DNA of 64,000 nucleotides, taken from Camelus dromedarius. Taxonomy: Eukaryota. This document shows positions 1 to 13,151 of the stretch, one piece after another. The stretch covers positions 115,756,001 through 115,820,000 of the forward strand of contig NC_087436.1 of the NCBI RefSeq assembly GCF_036321535.1, given 5' to 3'. The position numbers and the translations under genes are program-made. Below the pieces are notes generated by a model. That model was not told where the DNA came from and did no database searches. It worked only from the letters and a program-made list of their open reading frames with translations. Each line of letters opens with the position of its first letter. The stretch's first letter is position 1.

Positions 1-534
1 TTCCTCATTCTTTATCTAGCTCTATGTTTATACCAATTTCTGACATATGTGAATAGAACAAAATTTACTTTCATCTTTACCTTGGTGTTGTATTCATGAC
101 TTTGTAGATAAAGACTTGCTAAGAGAGAACCAGTATAAAGCATATAGCTTTACAATAGTCAGGAAAGAAATTGGACAGGAGGATAAAGAGAGTGCAAAAC
201 AAAGAAAGAGAAAATTGGTAAAGATTGGAGTTTACTATGATTACGGTAGATCTGATATGCAGTCAGTACATTATTATTATCTATTTTTAAGGCTGGATCA
301 GGAATGTAGTGGGTGTAGGCGTGATTTAATTACAATGACTGTATGGCTCACTTAACTCCTGTCTGTTTTGTCACGCTACAGAATAAAAACAGCTATATTC
401 ATAAGCTAGACTGTACGTTTCCCTTGACCATGTCTAGTTCGGTAAGAGCTTCTTGGATGTGAGATTAATGTTGGAAAATGGGCAGGAGCTTTGGAAGAAA
501 AATAAATCAATTTGCTGAGTCCCTATATTTACAA

Positions 535-695
535 ATCCCCAGCTATGTGATCCTCAGCAAACAGAGCAAGCTTCTTGAGCCTGAGACCCTGATTTGTAAA
601 CTTGGGATGATAATGCAGTCTTGCTGGATCATTTAAGGATCAAGTGAGATAATAAATGTAAACAATGATGGCGCCTAGTAATCATTCAGTGGAAA
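535..695 (+). mobile_element. MIR SINE remnant
   Basis: Degenerate MIR core: agctatgtgatcctcagcaa...ttgtaaacttgggatgataatgc...aggatcaagtgagataata. Confidence 0.6.
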
Positions 696-971
696 CCACC
701 TCCTTTTGGTTAGAATGGGATGGGATGAGAGCAGACAGCGTCGCTGAGGTGGTGGATCCATCAGGGGCGAATAGCTTTAGAGCGCTACGTTCTAGAGTGA
801 GCGTTTGCTCAGGGGTTTGTGTCTGGGAATTGAAGTTAGGTAAACGAAGAACAAAACCACCAAATTCAGCCTAGGAAAGCGATAAACTTCCACCCTCTGA
901 GTTAGAGCTATTATTTGACGTTGAAGGCGGCAGAGAGGACTGGTAATACAGGACAAAACTGGATGTGAGCT

Positions 972-1030
972 TGTGTGTGTGTAGAAGTGAGTTGTGAGTG
1001 TGTGTGGGTGTGTGTGAGTGTGTTTGTGGA
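972..1030. repeat. Imperfect (TG)n-rich microsatellite
   Basis: tgtgtgtgtgtagaagtgagttgtgagtgtgtgtgggtgtgtgtgagtgtgtttgtg; explains the THTHT ORF at 911-1183. Confidence 0.85.
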
Positions 1031-1728
1031 TGTTAATTTATGGGAATGTTTATGTGACTGTTTGGAGAAGGGGAGGAGATGTAATGGCCTCTGAGAGCAG
1101 AAAAAAGGCGATGAGTAAACATGCAGTTGAACAGTAGTTACCAAGCATAACAGGGACCACAGAAGGAGAGGATAAAAATACAACTAAGATGGCATGGTTC
1201 TCACCCCCTTACACCTTTCGAAGTCGAAGAAGGTTCCATAGACAAGCTCAGATGAAGCGGGGATGAAATACCTGTATCCAGTGATGGTGTATATACTTGG
1301 CACAAGTTTTGCCAACTGTATGCCTACCTAGACAGGTGTGAATGGGGGATAAAATTCAGCCTACAGCCTACTTGCCAAGCCATGGGCCCACCATGGAGCT
1401 GCTTCCTTAGGGGAAAAGAGTGTTTGATTTTGTTTTAGTTTTACTCATTTGCATAAAGATGCTCTATGGGAACCAGGTGGCCCTGCCTACACCAGCATCT
1501 CCAGCCCACACTAGAGAAATGAGTACTACGGATGTGTTGTTGGAATGGAGCACGGCACGTCTTCTCCCATACATTGTGAAGCAAGGGGACTGACACACAA
1601 GACAAAGGAAAGCGCAGGCTACAGGGAGCAGTGCTGGACTTTTTTAGAGAGAAGCCAGCTTTCCAAAAAGTTTGTGCATCTTTAAAAAGAATAATTCCCT
1701 TATAATCATGAAACAGTGAGTACTGAAG

Positions 1729-2047
1729 TGTTAATGGACTGAGTTGTGCTCCCCAGCATTTATGTGTTGAAGGCTTAACCTCCAAGGTGAGTGTATTTGA
1801 AGACAGGGATTGTGAGGAAGTGATAAAGGTTAATTTAGGTTCTAAATTCTGGGCCCTAATCCTGCAGGGCTGGTGCCTTATAAGAAGAGGAAGAGGCACC
1901 AGAGCTCTCAGCCACGTGAAGACACAGCGAGAAGCTGGCTGTCTACGGGCCCAGTCTCCCAGAACTGTGAGGAAATAAAGTTCTCTTGTTTAAATGGCCC
2001 ACTCTGATTTACTTTGTTATATTAGGCGGCACAAGCTGACTAATACA
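1729..2047 (+). mobile_element. ERVL-MaLR solo LTR (MST/MLT1A-like)
   Basis: Starts TGTTAATGGACTGAGTTGTG and ends GACTAATACA; MaLR motifs ggccctaatcc, ccttataagaagagg, ccagaactgtgaggaaataaa. Confidence 0.85.
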
Positions 2048-2246
2048 CATGCCTTCTCTCCATAAGAGCACACATGTGATTAATTCCTAATTACTTTCCT
2101 ATAATAGAGTCAAAATTCCATATACAGCTATGATCCAAGTTCCGTGTTCTTTGCTGATAGACCCAGGTTTAATGTATTTGACAAATTAACCATATACCAC
2201 TCCGAATGATATATTTTCAGCCTTATTTTCCTTCTCAAAATGCATC

Positions 2247-2604
2247 TGCCTTAGTTAAGTCAGGCTGCTACAACAAAGGACCATCAACCGAGTGCCTTAA
2301 ACAACAGACATTCACTTCTCTCACTTCTGGGGGCTGGAAATCTGGGATCAGGGTACCAGAAAGTTTCAGGCGAAGGCCCTTTTCCTGTGCGCTCATGTGG
2401 CCTCTCCTCCGTGCATGTGCATAGGGGGATGTCACCTTCTTTTCAGGTTCTTATAAGGGTGGTAATCCCATTAGAAGGGTCCCATCCTCATGACCTAATC
2501 TAATCCTAAATATCTCTCAAAAGTTCCACCTCCAAATAATATCACATTGTGGATTAGTTTCAATGTATGAATTTTGCAGGGTCAGGAACAGTCAGCCTAT
2601 AACA
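2247..2604 (-). mobile_element. ERVL-MaLR solo LTR (MLT1A-like)
   Basis: Reverse-strand MaLR motifs ttagtt..caggctgctacaacaaa, ttctgggggctggaaatct, cctcatgacctaatctaatcc; ends cctataaca. Confidence 0.85.
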
Positions 2605-4029
2605 TCTGATGTGAGTTAGATAGTCTGTACTCTTGGTAGCATGGAACCAAGTTACAGCACCAAACTTCTGAATAATCCTGAGGGACACAATTATTCCACT
2701 GGAACTAAAATCCTACCATCCTGATGATGGACTTTTGATCTTTGCCAACTTTTATCACCTCCTTGGTTTGCATTTAAAAAAATTTTTTTTTCTAACAGTC
2801 CACTCTTTCAGAAATTTATGACAATGCAAGGCTTGTAGTCAACCTTAAACATGTATATGTATGAATAAAATGGTATTTTACATTCAAATCATTGAATGTT
2901 GAACCAAAACAAAACTTGGATGGATTCCATGATAGGAATTTTATTTTACAAATTAAAAAATCGACATTAAGGAAATTTATGTTTATTTTTGCTTTGCTGA
3001 ATACCTAACGTGTGCTTGCTGGGACATTAAAATTAGAACCGGATCCCCTATCACCCAGTCCAGGTCACAGTCGTTAATTCTTTTGACAAGTACATATGTA
3101 TGTATAAAGCCCATCATGTGTAAAGTATGTGCTCAATACTACAAGAACAGCTGTCACTAAGAAAATATGCCCGCAGGTATCCCAAGGCCAAGACTGGAAG
3201 TGAGTGATGATAGCAGAACAGCGATGACAGGTATCTGGAAACTGGAACTTGAGGTACCTCCCTGCTGTTTCATAGCCTGAAATTCCCCACATGCTTCTGA
3301 GCGGATGATACACAAACAAAAACTTCAGGTCAGGATTTCAAAAAATACTCTGTGTTATAGTTTAAGACTAGGGAGCAGTGGGAAGTTTCATAGGCACATG
3401 GGTGATATGTGGGTTATGCAATTTTGACTTTATAAGGAAAAAGTGCTTAGATTAAAAAATTAATGTGGTTAGAGGCAATATTCTAGAGATGTTAGAATGC
3501 TGCATTAAAAGTTTTGAGCTTTTGTTCCAAAAGAAAAGAAAAACAGTAGCTAGAAATATATTGCCCATTGATACATATCAGTTTCTGAGTTTCCTCACGG
3601 AGAGCAGGACCCACTGTGTTGCTTCTCCACAGAGCCCATCATTTGAGCTTTGTTTCCAACTCTGAGATCCAAACCATGGATCAGACAGTATTTAAGGAGC
3701 AGTAGTTTGGTCACAACCAAGATCTGGTGCCAAAGCAGTGCATTTTCCTGTTCTGGCCTTTGGCATCCACTCCAGCTGTTTGATTTAGGCCTCATTCCTG
3801 TGACCAAGTCTCCCTTTCACGTATCTAGTTTCATAGTTGAGGGTCTATCTGGGCTTGTATTGCTGCTCAACATTTTTTCAAAATCATGAAGAGAATCTTT
3901 ATAATTTGACTGTCGGGGGAAGGTCCAGGCCCCCATGACAGTAGGGATTAGGACTGGATTTCCTAGCACATAGCAAATAGCTGCTGACATATGTAAAGTG
4001 TTGACCAAATGCTAGACTAGGTCTTAAAT

Positions 4030-4239
4030 CAGAGGCAAACTACTGCCCTTGGGCTAAATCCAGCCCAAGGTCTATTTCTGTAAATAAAGCTTTATTGGTT
4101 TACACCACTGCCCATTGGTTTACATATTTCCTATGGCTGTTTTTGGTATACAATAACTGAATTTAGTCATGACAAAGACCATATTTTGTCCATAATATTT
4201 ACTTTCTGTCTCTGTGTAGAAAATGTCTGCTGATCCTTG
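4030..4239. mobile_element. hAT-Charlie MITE (MER58A-like)
   Basis: cagaggcaaactactgcccttgggctaaatccagcc...aaataaagctttattgg...tgctgatccttg; degenerate 8-bp TSD tcttaaat/ttctaaat. Confidence 0.8.
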
Positions 4240-4510
4240 TTCTAAATGCTTTAGTACAAATTACTGTCTATGTGACCCTCAACAAGCAATGCAATCTTCT
4301 TAATATTCACAATAAATTCTTCATGTAACATTTTACATACAAGATAAAAGAAATGTGCCAAAAAAGAGATAAGAGCTGTGCCAAAGCTGAAGATTATACA
4401 GCTAGGAATCAAAAGACTTAGAATTCAAATTCAGACCATCTTCTCTGGAATCTATGCACTTAAAAAACAACAATAATTATAAATACAACTGTATAGGTAT
4501 GTGTTTGTAT

Positions 4511-4980
4511 AAAATGGCTTTATTGAGATAAAATTAGCATGTCATTCAATTTACCTAATTAAAGTGTACCATTCATAGGTGTTTAGTACCTTCACAGACT
4601 TGTGTAATTATTATAACAATTTTAGAACATTTACATCATCCCAAAAATAGACCTCAAACTCAAGCAGGATATTTATCTTCTCCACTTCATCCCTAACACT
4701 TGTTGCTGTCTCAATTTTTATTTTTATTATTGTCATCCTGGTTGGGTGTACAGTGGTATGACACTGTGGATTTGGTTCATTTTTCCCTAATGGTTACTGA
4801 TTTTGAGCATCTTTTTATGTGCTTATTGGCCATTGGTACATCTTCTTTGAAGAAATATTCAGAGTTTTTCCAATGATTACTTTTTAAATTTTTTGCCCAG
4901 TAATAATTCTTTATATTCTAGATATGAGTTCTTTATCAGATATATGATTTTCACATATTGTCTCATTCTTTAAATGATAG
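4511..4980 (-). mobile_element. Old L1 (L1MB/ME-type) 3' end
   Basis: ctttattgagataaaattagc...aaagtgtaccattc...gagcatctttttatgtgcttattggccatt (reverse L1 3' UTR and ORF2 C-terminus). Confidence 0.8.
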
Positions 4981-6390
4981 GTTTTCTTTCTTGGGTGGTA
5001 ATATAAGTGGTATTGTGTTTATAATTTTGAATTTCATTTGTTTATTATTGGTATATAGGAAAGTAATTGACTTTCATATATTAAGCTTATATACAGCAAT
5101 CTTGTTGGTTCCAGGAATTTCTTTCGTTGGTTCTTTCAGATTTTCTACTTAGCTGATCATGTCATGCGCAAACAAACATAGTTGTAAGTCTTCTCCCCAA
5201 ATCTGTGTACTTTCTATTTTCTTTTCTTGCCTTATTACATTAGCAAGAACTTCCAGTATGATGTTGAAAAGATTTGGTAAGAGGAGGTATCCTTGCCTGA
5301 TACCTAACCTAGAGAATGCTTCAAGTTTCTTGCCATTGCATATGACGTTAGCTGTAGGTTTTTTGTGGTCTTTTCAAGTTGAGAAAATTCCTCTCTATTC
5401 CTAGTTTATTGAGAGCTGTTTTTATCATGAATGGGTTTTGGATTCTGTCAGACACTTTTTCTGTGTCTATTGATATAATCATGCAATTTTTCTCTTTTAG
5501 TCAATTGATTTAATGGATTACATTTTTAATTGATTTTTCAAATGTTGAGCCAGTCTTATATAATTAGGATAAATTTTACTTGATCATGGTATATTATTCT
5601 TTTCATACTTTTTAAGGCTTGATTTGCTAATATTTTTTAAAGGATTTTTGCATCTGTTTTCATGGGAGATATTAATTTGTAGTTTTTCTTTTCTTGTAAT
5701 ATTTTTGTGTGGTTTTAGTATTAAGGTAATGCTAGCCTCATAGAATTGAGTTAAAAAGTATTTCCATATTTCCTGTTTCTCTCCTCAGAAAGAGATTGTA
5801 GAGAATTGGTGCAATTTCTTCCTTAACTATTTGGTAGAATTCATGAGTGAACCTATCTGAACTTCATGCTTTCTCTTTTGCAAGGTCAGTAATTATTTAT
5901 TACATTTCTTTAATAGATGTAGTCATATTTACATTGTCTATTTCTTCTTGTGTAGGTTTTGTCACATTGTATCTTTCAAGGAAGTGGTCCATTTTATCTA
6001 GATTATCAAATTTGTGGGGAAAGGGCTGTTCATAGTATTTCTTTATTATCCATTTAATTTCCATGGGATCTATAGTGCTGTCCACTCTTTCACTCCTGAT
6101 GTTAGAATTGTTTTCCTAGTTAGCCTGCCTAGAGGCTTACTGATCAATTGTATTGATCTTTTCAAAGAACCAGCTTTTAGCTTCATTGATTTTTCTCTAT
6201 TGATTTCCTGATTTCAAATTCATTGATTTCTGCTCTAATTGTTATTATTTATTTTCTTAAACATACTTTGGATTTAATTTGCTATTTTCTCATTTGTTCA
6301 TGTGGAAACTTATATTATTGATTTTAGATCTCTCTTTTCTAATATACGCATTCAATGCTGTAAATTCCCTGCTAAGTACTGCTTTCCCTT
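4981..6390 (-). mobile_element. L1 ORF2 fragment, decayed
   Basis: ORF 5900-6085(-) DPMEIKWIIKKYYEQ...KFDNLDKMDHFLERY...TQEEIDN matches the L1 ORF2 region before the RT domain; multiple stops and frameshifts. Confidence 0.9.
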
Positions 6391-6394
6391 ATAG

Positions 6395-7014
6395 TGTAAG
6401 TGCCAGACACTGAGCTTTTTGATAATAATGTAAGTGCTTGATATCAAGCTTTTGATTGCTGAGGCATTCATTTCAAAGGCATCCATCTTGAACAAACATA
6501 TTGACAACTATATGATACAATTACTAGCAAAACAACTAGATAAGAAAAAAGAGGACCCCCCATCTCCACTGATTTTTCTCTTTTAGAAACCCCTGGGTAG
6601 ACTAGACACCTGATCACTTGAATGGATATGTTTCTCCTTTATCATGCCCTAATTCCTGCTCTTATGCTTTTAATTTTCCATTAAACAGTAAACTTGAAAA
6701 ATCCTAGGCAATGGACTCTCAGGAACTAATAAAGGCAGAGCCTCAAGTTTGTACGTCCTCCCTGTTTCTTTGCCCATGACTTCACTGTGTGGCCTTCATG
6801 CATACTGTATACCTGTCACAACCTGTGAGTAATAAATTGTCTTCTACAAAGTTCCCTGATTGTTCCTTGCTGAAAGGTGTCCTCCATGCAGTCATAATAA
6901 CCACAAGAGCTGGTCCAGACACAACACTGACTCTGGGAAATGTCTCACCACAAATAGTACAAGCCCATGCAAGTCCCTCAGTCATTCCTAGTCAATACTA
7001 TCACTAACACAACA
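6395..7014 (+). mobile_element. Unclassified ERV-like solo LTR inserted in L1
   Basis: TGT...ACA termini and AATAAA near 6831; L1 text actgctttcc|...|tgctgcaccccacaaaattttg resumes after it. Confidence 0.6.
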
Positions 7015-7700
7015 ATGCTGCACCCCACAAAATTTTGATGTCATATTTTCATTTAGTTTAAGATATTGTCACATACAATTTTATTTCTGATGATCAAATT
7101 TTGAACTTTTTAATTTTTAATTATAATGTAATTGTCCTGGCTAGAATCACAGGTACAATGTTGAATAGAAATAGTGAGAATGGACATTCTTAATTGTCCC
7201 TAATCTTAAGATGAAATCATCTACTTTTTTGACCTGTCACATGATATTATCTGTGCTTTTTTTTTTTTTTTTTTAATGTCCTCTCTCAGGCTGAGAAAGT
7301 TTCCTACTATTCCTAGTTTCTTAAGTGTTTTTATTAAATAGCATGCTGGATTTTATCAAAAGTTTTTCCTATATCAATAGAGATGATCATGTGTTTATTA
7401 TACAAATAAGATGTATTACTTGAATTGATTTTCAGATGTTGAACCAACTTTGAATTCCTGGGATAAAGTTTACTTGGTCATGGTGAATAATTTTTGTGAT
7501 ATGCTGCTAAATTAAGTTTGTTGGTATTTTGTTTAAGATCTTTGTGTTTATATTCATAAACTACATTGTTCTGTATTTTCTTTTTTTATGACGACTTTGT
7601 CTTTTGCTCTTCTCACTGAGATTTAGTAGATTTTCTTGATTATTTTATCTTTATATGACCTAAGACAATTTCCAGACATTTAAAATAGTTTTTTGCAAAT
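7015..7700 (-). mobile_element. Old L1 ORF2 fragments
   Basis: Short continuation of the interrupted L1, then a second copy of the ORF2 segment ctggctagaatc..gtacaatgttgaatagaaatagtgag also seen near 5240. Confidence 0.8.
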
Positions 7701-8728
7701 AATTTTCACCAGATATGTTCTTTTCAATAGTGAGATCTTTATATCAGAATTCCATGGGGATAATGTACTGGAGGTTATGCTCCTAAACCAATATGCTAAA
7801 TAACTCAATTTTCTCTGGATACATGACCACTAACTTCAGACATAAATGAATTCTGTTAGGATTCTCAGATGCATGATACACATTAAAAGAAGTTTTAGCC
7901 TTGATGGCAATGGAGACTTGGAAATTTTTAAAAAATATAAAACCCACTGATCTCAACTCTTTTCAAGGAGCTATGTGGCACAAGTAAAATCAAAATGTTT
8001 GTTGCAAATTCAGACACATCCAGACATGTCTAGAATAGAATGATTTTATGTGAAGGAGCAAGGAGGCTTAGGTGAACAAATTCTTGCTAAAGGAAAAGAG
8101 GATCATTTGACAAGTATCACTAGGATCCTTTCCATGAGCCATACTTGTGTGATGTATTGTCCACAGCAGGACAACTTTAAGAATAATAGAGAGCACTATT
8201 AGTAATCATTCCAGGTGATATGCACAAAGTATAACTTTCTCAGTGAACCAGAATGTATATCTCATACTAAGCATTACACATGAAATAATGATCTGCCATC
8301 AGGGCAAGTTCATATAGATCTTACGACAGAGTGCAGGAGAATATGCTAATCAAGCAACTATGTGAAAATATATTCACAGACTCTGATGAAGAATATGAAG
8401 GAAATGGACCAAGAACAAGAATGTTTACCAGGGAAATACAATATAGGCTGGGGATTCAAGGAAGGTTTTTTTTTTTTTTTTCAGGAGGTTTGGACTAAAA
8501 GCAATAACATGAATAAACATTAATTAGATGAACAAGGAGGATGAAAAACACTCCAAGCAACAGAGGTAGCAGGTGCAGAGGCCCCGGGCAGAATGGAACT
8601 CGACAGACTCAAGATGAGGAGCAAAACAGTATCAGATGAAGACAAATAAACAGGCAAATACCAGATTATCAAAGCTCTTGTATGGCACAGAGCTTTGGCA
8701 AACAGCTAAGGTGTTTTATTTATAACAC

Positions 8729-8760
8729 TGTGTGTGTCTGTGTTTGTGTGTGTGTGTGTG
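8729..8760. repeat. (TG)n microsatellite, interrupted
   Basis: tgtgtgtgtctgtgtttgtgtgtgtgtgtgtg. Confidence 0.9.
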
Positions 8761-9312
8761 GAGTAAAATCAAGATCTTGAAGCAGAGCTCTTAAGATTAG
8801 ACATTGTAACAGAATAAAATGGAATGGTTAAAACATAATTTCCCATGACCTGCTTTATATCCAATTACACAGACCACAACGCATTGCCAGAAATACAAAA
8901 TGTCTCCCAGATTCTAACAATAAGATTCCTGTGCTTCTGTTACAACTTCCACTCAACTGAAGTGAGAGGGGGACAGGGAATAACACCTAACTCTTCATCT
9001 GACCATTGCCATTGAGCAACATGCTTTTGCTCATGACCCTGTCATCACTATGAATTATTTTCTAGGAAGCTACTTTGTCCTGGTGCCCTACCACACAGGA
9101 CCATGGATATATCCAGCCATGTGTGAGCTGGCAAAGAATTAACTATAAGAGTTCTTCCTTAGAAACAATCATTTTACTAAGTTTTCATAATTATATCTAG
9201 TTTTACCTCAAAATACCCTGGTCTCTGTGGATTGGAAAAGAAAGGAAGGAAGACTGGGACAAGGAACAGAGGGAGAAGTCCAGCAGATCTCCTAACTAAT
9301 GTGGAAGAGATT

Positions 9313-9680
9313 CCATTAGTCAGTCACTGTCATGATAATGCTGCATAACAAACCACCTCAAAATTCAACAGCTTCCAATAACAGGCTTTTACTCTCATAT
9401 CCATGGATACTTATGTCAACTGTGGTTTGGCTGATCAAGACTGAGTGATTCCTTCTTAGACTGTGGGTCACCTGGGCTTGATTCTAGGCCATGAGTTTTG
9501 TTCAGGTCCACTCCACATATTTTCTTACTTTCTTTGGATAAGCCAGAAGAACAAGGAACATTCTTATTATGGACAATTATGTGAGACCAAGATTCTAATA
9601 TCAATAGGTAGAAAAGATTGCTATGTCCACAGTAAGAGAGGAAAGAAATGAATACTTGTTAAACAATAAATCCTCCTCCA
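9313..9680 (-). mobile_element. Old MaLR LTR (MLT1H/I/J-like)
   Basis: attagtcag...gataatgctgcataacaaaccacctcaaaattcaacagctt...gttcaggtccactccacat. Confidence 0.65.
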
Positions 9681-10076
9681 GGCTAAATCAAGCAATTCTA
9701 CATGTGGTCCTTTTAACTTCAAAACAAACACAGATGCCAATCATATCAGGATCATTTCCTCTTGCAGATAATGTGCCCTAGTCCTCATGCTAACCTGGAC
9801 CCAAGTTTTCTAAATTTGAATTTGGAAGGCAACTTGCAAAATCTAACTTTGGAAATCCAACATGGAAGATGATAAAGAATTGGCACAGCATTTAAGATCC
9901 ATTAATCTCACCCTTCACTTCCTGTCAACGTAAATTTCTTTCAGGTACTCAAAGTTGCCAAGTTGCTTCACAATCCATGCTTTTGGTTATAATGTGCCTT
10001 TTTCCTGGAATGCAATCCTTGCCCCCCCCTCACTTTTTCATTTTGACAAGTACATTCTCTTCTTTCAAGACTCAGA

Positions 10077-10146
10077 TCAAGGGACTCTTTTCTTGGCATG
10101 TTTCCATTGTTTCAAGGGACTCTTTTCTTGGCATGTTTCCAGTGTT
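10077..10146. repeat. 35-bp tandem duplication (2 copies, 1 mismatch)
   Basis: tcaagggactcttttcttggcatgtttcca(t/g)tgtt at 10077-10111 and 10112-10146. Confidence 0.95.
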
Positions 10147-13100
10147 TGCAGTCACTAAGTGGCTAATAGGTTTTTGTTGTTGTTGAATAAACAATCACAT
10201 CCAAATCTGTTCATCTACATTAAGTTAAACTGAGGCCCAGAAAGTAAAAGTGACATATTCCAAGTCACACAGCATGCAATCCCCTTAAAAAATTATTCAG
10301 ATGCAGCCACAGATATAAACTGCAGGTTGCCAGTCCTCAGCAGTAGGAATCTGTTTAGGTCATTTTAATGGCCAGCTCAAAAAAGACTTTCAGATTTGCT
10401 GTTAGAAAATCAATTGATATGCAAGGTCTTGATTCTACCATCATTTCTTGAGTAAGTTCAGATTCTGATACTTCTAGAGTCACTTGTCTCCTTTTTAAGC
10501 CATTAACTTGGAGTGGGTTTCCTTCTTCTTGGTCTTTAGTTCTACCAAAAAGCATCTGCAGAAGGACACATCTGAAATGAGCTCAAGAGAAGCAGAACCT
10601 GCAGTCAAAGAAGGTTTATGTCACAACATGGGGTATTCAGAACATTTAATGAAACTGCCACAGTAGGAAATGACTGGGAATGAGTCAGAGCAAACCTGGT
10701 CTAGTGGATATTTATTGTTTTTTGCCTCCATGGGTCATATTTGCCCTTATTCTGCCTTCATCATTCTACATTTCTTTATGTAGGCTTCTCCACCTCTCTC
10801 AGACCAAGGGGTTTAAGTGGGTTCATCTTCCTTATAACTAAGCCCCAGGAGGTGTACGGGATTCCAGTCTGGGCAATAAACATGTCTACCCACTGGCAAA
10901 GAAGAGAAAGAATGCTTAACACAAATCATTGCAAAATGATTCAATTCCATTGCTTTTCTTGGAAATCTTGGGATAGAGAATCATCCTTTCCATTGGATCT
11001 GAAACATAGAAGGATGCACTTTGAACAGTGCACATGGCTTCTCTTCTGCCACCAGATTAGTCCATGAGGACTGATCGTTGGAGAAGAGCTAAGTATTTTA
11101 AGTCCACTGAAGGTAGATATCAACAGTCAAACACTGCAGTCAATACTCAGGAGGCTGTTACTTTTCCTGAGAGCATGCAACAAAGAAATTGAACGTCCAG
11201 AAGTCTAACTTACATCTTTTTGCTATGGCTTAATGCCATGTTCTTCACAATATAATAGACAGGAGATGGAAGGAAGCAGAGAACAGTGAGTCCGAGGGCA
11301 GATAGTGGAACTCCAACCCTATAGGTGTAATCCTCTAGAAAACATGATTGGCCAGTCGTGATTGAGGGATTAAGGCAGATGCCTAGTCACTGAAACTGGG
11401 AAAGAAGGTGAAAAATTGGGTCCTGAAATATAGCAAAAAATTATATTTTAAAAAATTGTTGGATTATCAGGGACTCAGAGCCAATTTTTTTTTTTTTTTT
11501 TAGAGCTAAAACATTCAAGAGAAGGTCAAGTCCCTATAAAGAATGGGCACTCAGTGAAAGCTAATGACTCTTCCTGTAGAGATAAACAAAGGAGGAATTA
11601 AAGGATTATCTCATGCATAGTTTCAGAAGTAGAAAGTAATATGGTGTGTTTGGGGAATGAGAGTTAGTTTGTGTGTAATTAGGGTAACGCACATGACAAA
11701 GAGTGTGATGAATGATGATGAAATGTCCATTGAGGCCGGATTATGAGAATACATGGAAACCTTGTTAAGAGAGATGTACTATGTTCTTGAGGAAAATGAA
11801 AGACATGAGAGTTAACTGTGTTTCTTTTTTCTCATTCTTTCTCAGGTCTAACCCAGAGTTTAGCCACATCAAATATAAGTTTCACTGCACCTCAGGTCAA
11901 AACTCTCGCTTTCCACCTGGTAGGAAATAGAGTTGGGTCATTAAATCTACTGGGGCAGCTTTTCTTTCTACCATTTGCTTAATATAATGTGTTTTCATCA
12001 TTCATCAAAGGGAACTGTAGAAGTCATCTCCCAGCTTGGAGTTTATATGAGACCTGCTGAGGGAAATCGGTCACTTTTCGTGGGAAAATTTTGACGCTAA
12101 TTTTTCTACCCAGCCTATTTCAGATCTGCCACTACTTTGCTGTGTGGTCTTGGGAAAGTAATTTTCTCCTTCTGGACTTGAGTCTCATTACAAATAATAT
12201 AAGGGACTTGGATTCAAACTCAACTGAGATAGATGGTCTAACAGTCTAAGTGTCGTTGCAATTAGGAGTAAGTGGAAATTTTGTTCTTGATGTGCAAGCA
12301 TTTTGAGGGTGGGGGGGCAAAGAGACATCCCCCAATGCCCCTGGCTGTGTAAGCTGGAGTCATGTAGACTCCTGTCTATACAGCAGGTGACACCATGGCT
12401 AGGTGATTAAGACAACTGGCTCATGATGACCCTAGAACTCAGACTTTACTCATAGCTGACTCTTAGTGAAATTGTGTCTTTGTGTAATTTTTATTTGCTT
12501 AGTTGTTTTGCCGATTGACTATTTATATTGTTCCTGTGAATGAGCATAGTCATTCCAGGACCAGGCCATCTGACCAATGTCTCATGTTATTTTGATTTTT
12601 CTGTGCTGCTTTCCTTATTCTAAGAAGGCAGCCCACGGCTGGATTAATAAATGCAGTGATCTACCGTCATATAAATTGACTTATTAATAAGATGTATATT
12701 TAAAGAGGTGATATGTCAAGGTCTTCAAGACCAATGTTAGGGGTTAATTGCTGCTGCGTATTTCCTGCCTACCCCCTTCAGGGTAAGACCGCCTTATACA
12801 GTCTTTTGCTTTGGTGCAAAACTGAATGTGTGGGCTTCTCAACTGAAAAGGAGTTTGGAGTACCTGCAGCGTGGAACCAGAAAAGGTGAATCTAGCTTCC
12901 ATAGATGACCTAAAACTCTCTTCTACTTAACATTTATTTGAACCATTTAGTTTATCTGATTGATTTTTGGTACTTTATTTTATCATTTTACTCAAATTGA
13001 GCCTTGGCATGTAGTTTTAGACACAGAACACATCTGTATAAGCACTTCTTTACCTATGTTTCACTGTTTGCCTAAGATAGCATAGCATGTTTACAGATCT

Positions 13101-13151
13101 ACTTAGGAATTTGCTTTCAGAATTTATATTATCAGTCCATCATCAAACCTT

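Noticed and set aside
730..930. Small CpG-enriched patch
   Set aside because: Too short and GC-poor for a CpG island; no promoter architecture
1441..1899. 152-aa minus-strand ORF
   Set aside because: Starts within a MaLR LTR; no homology or coding-like composition
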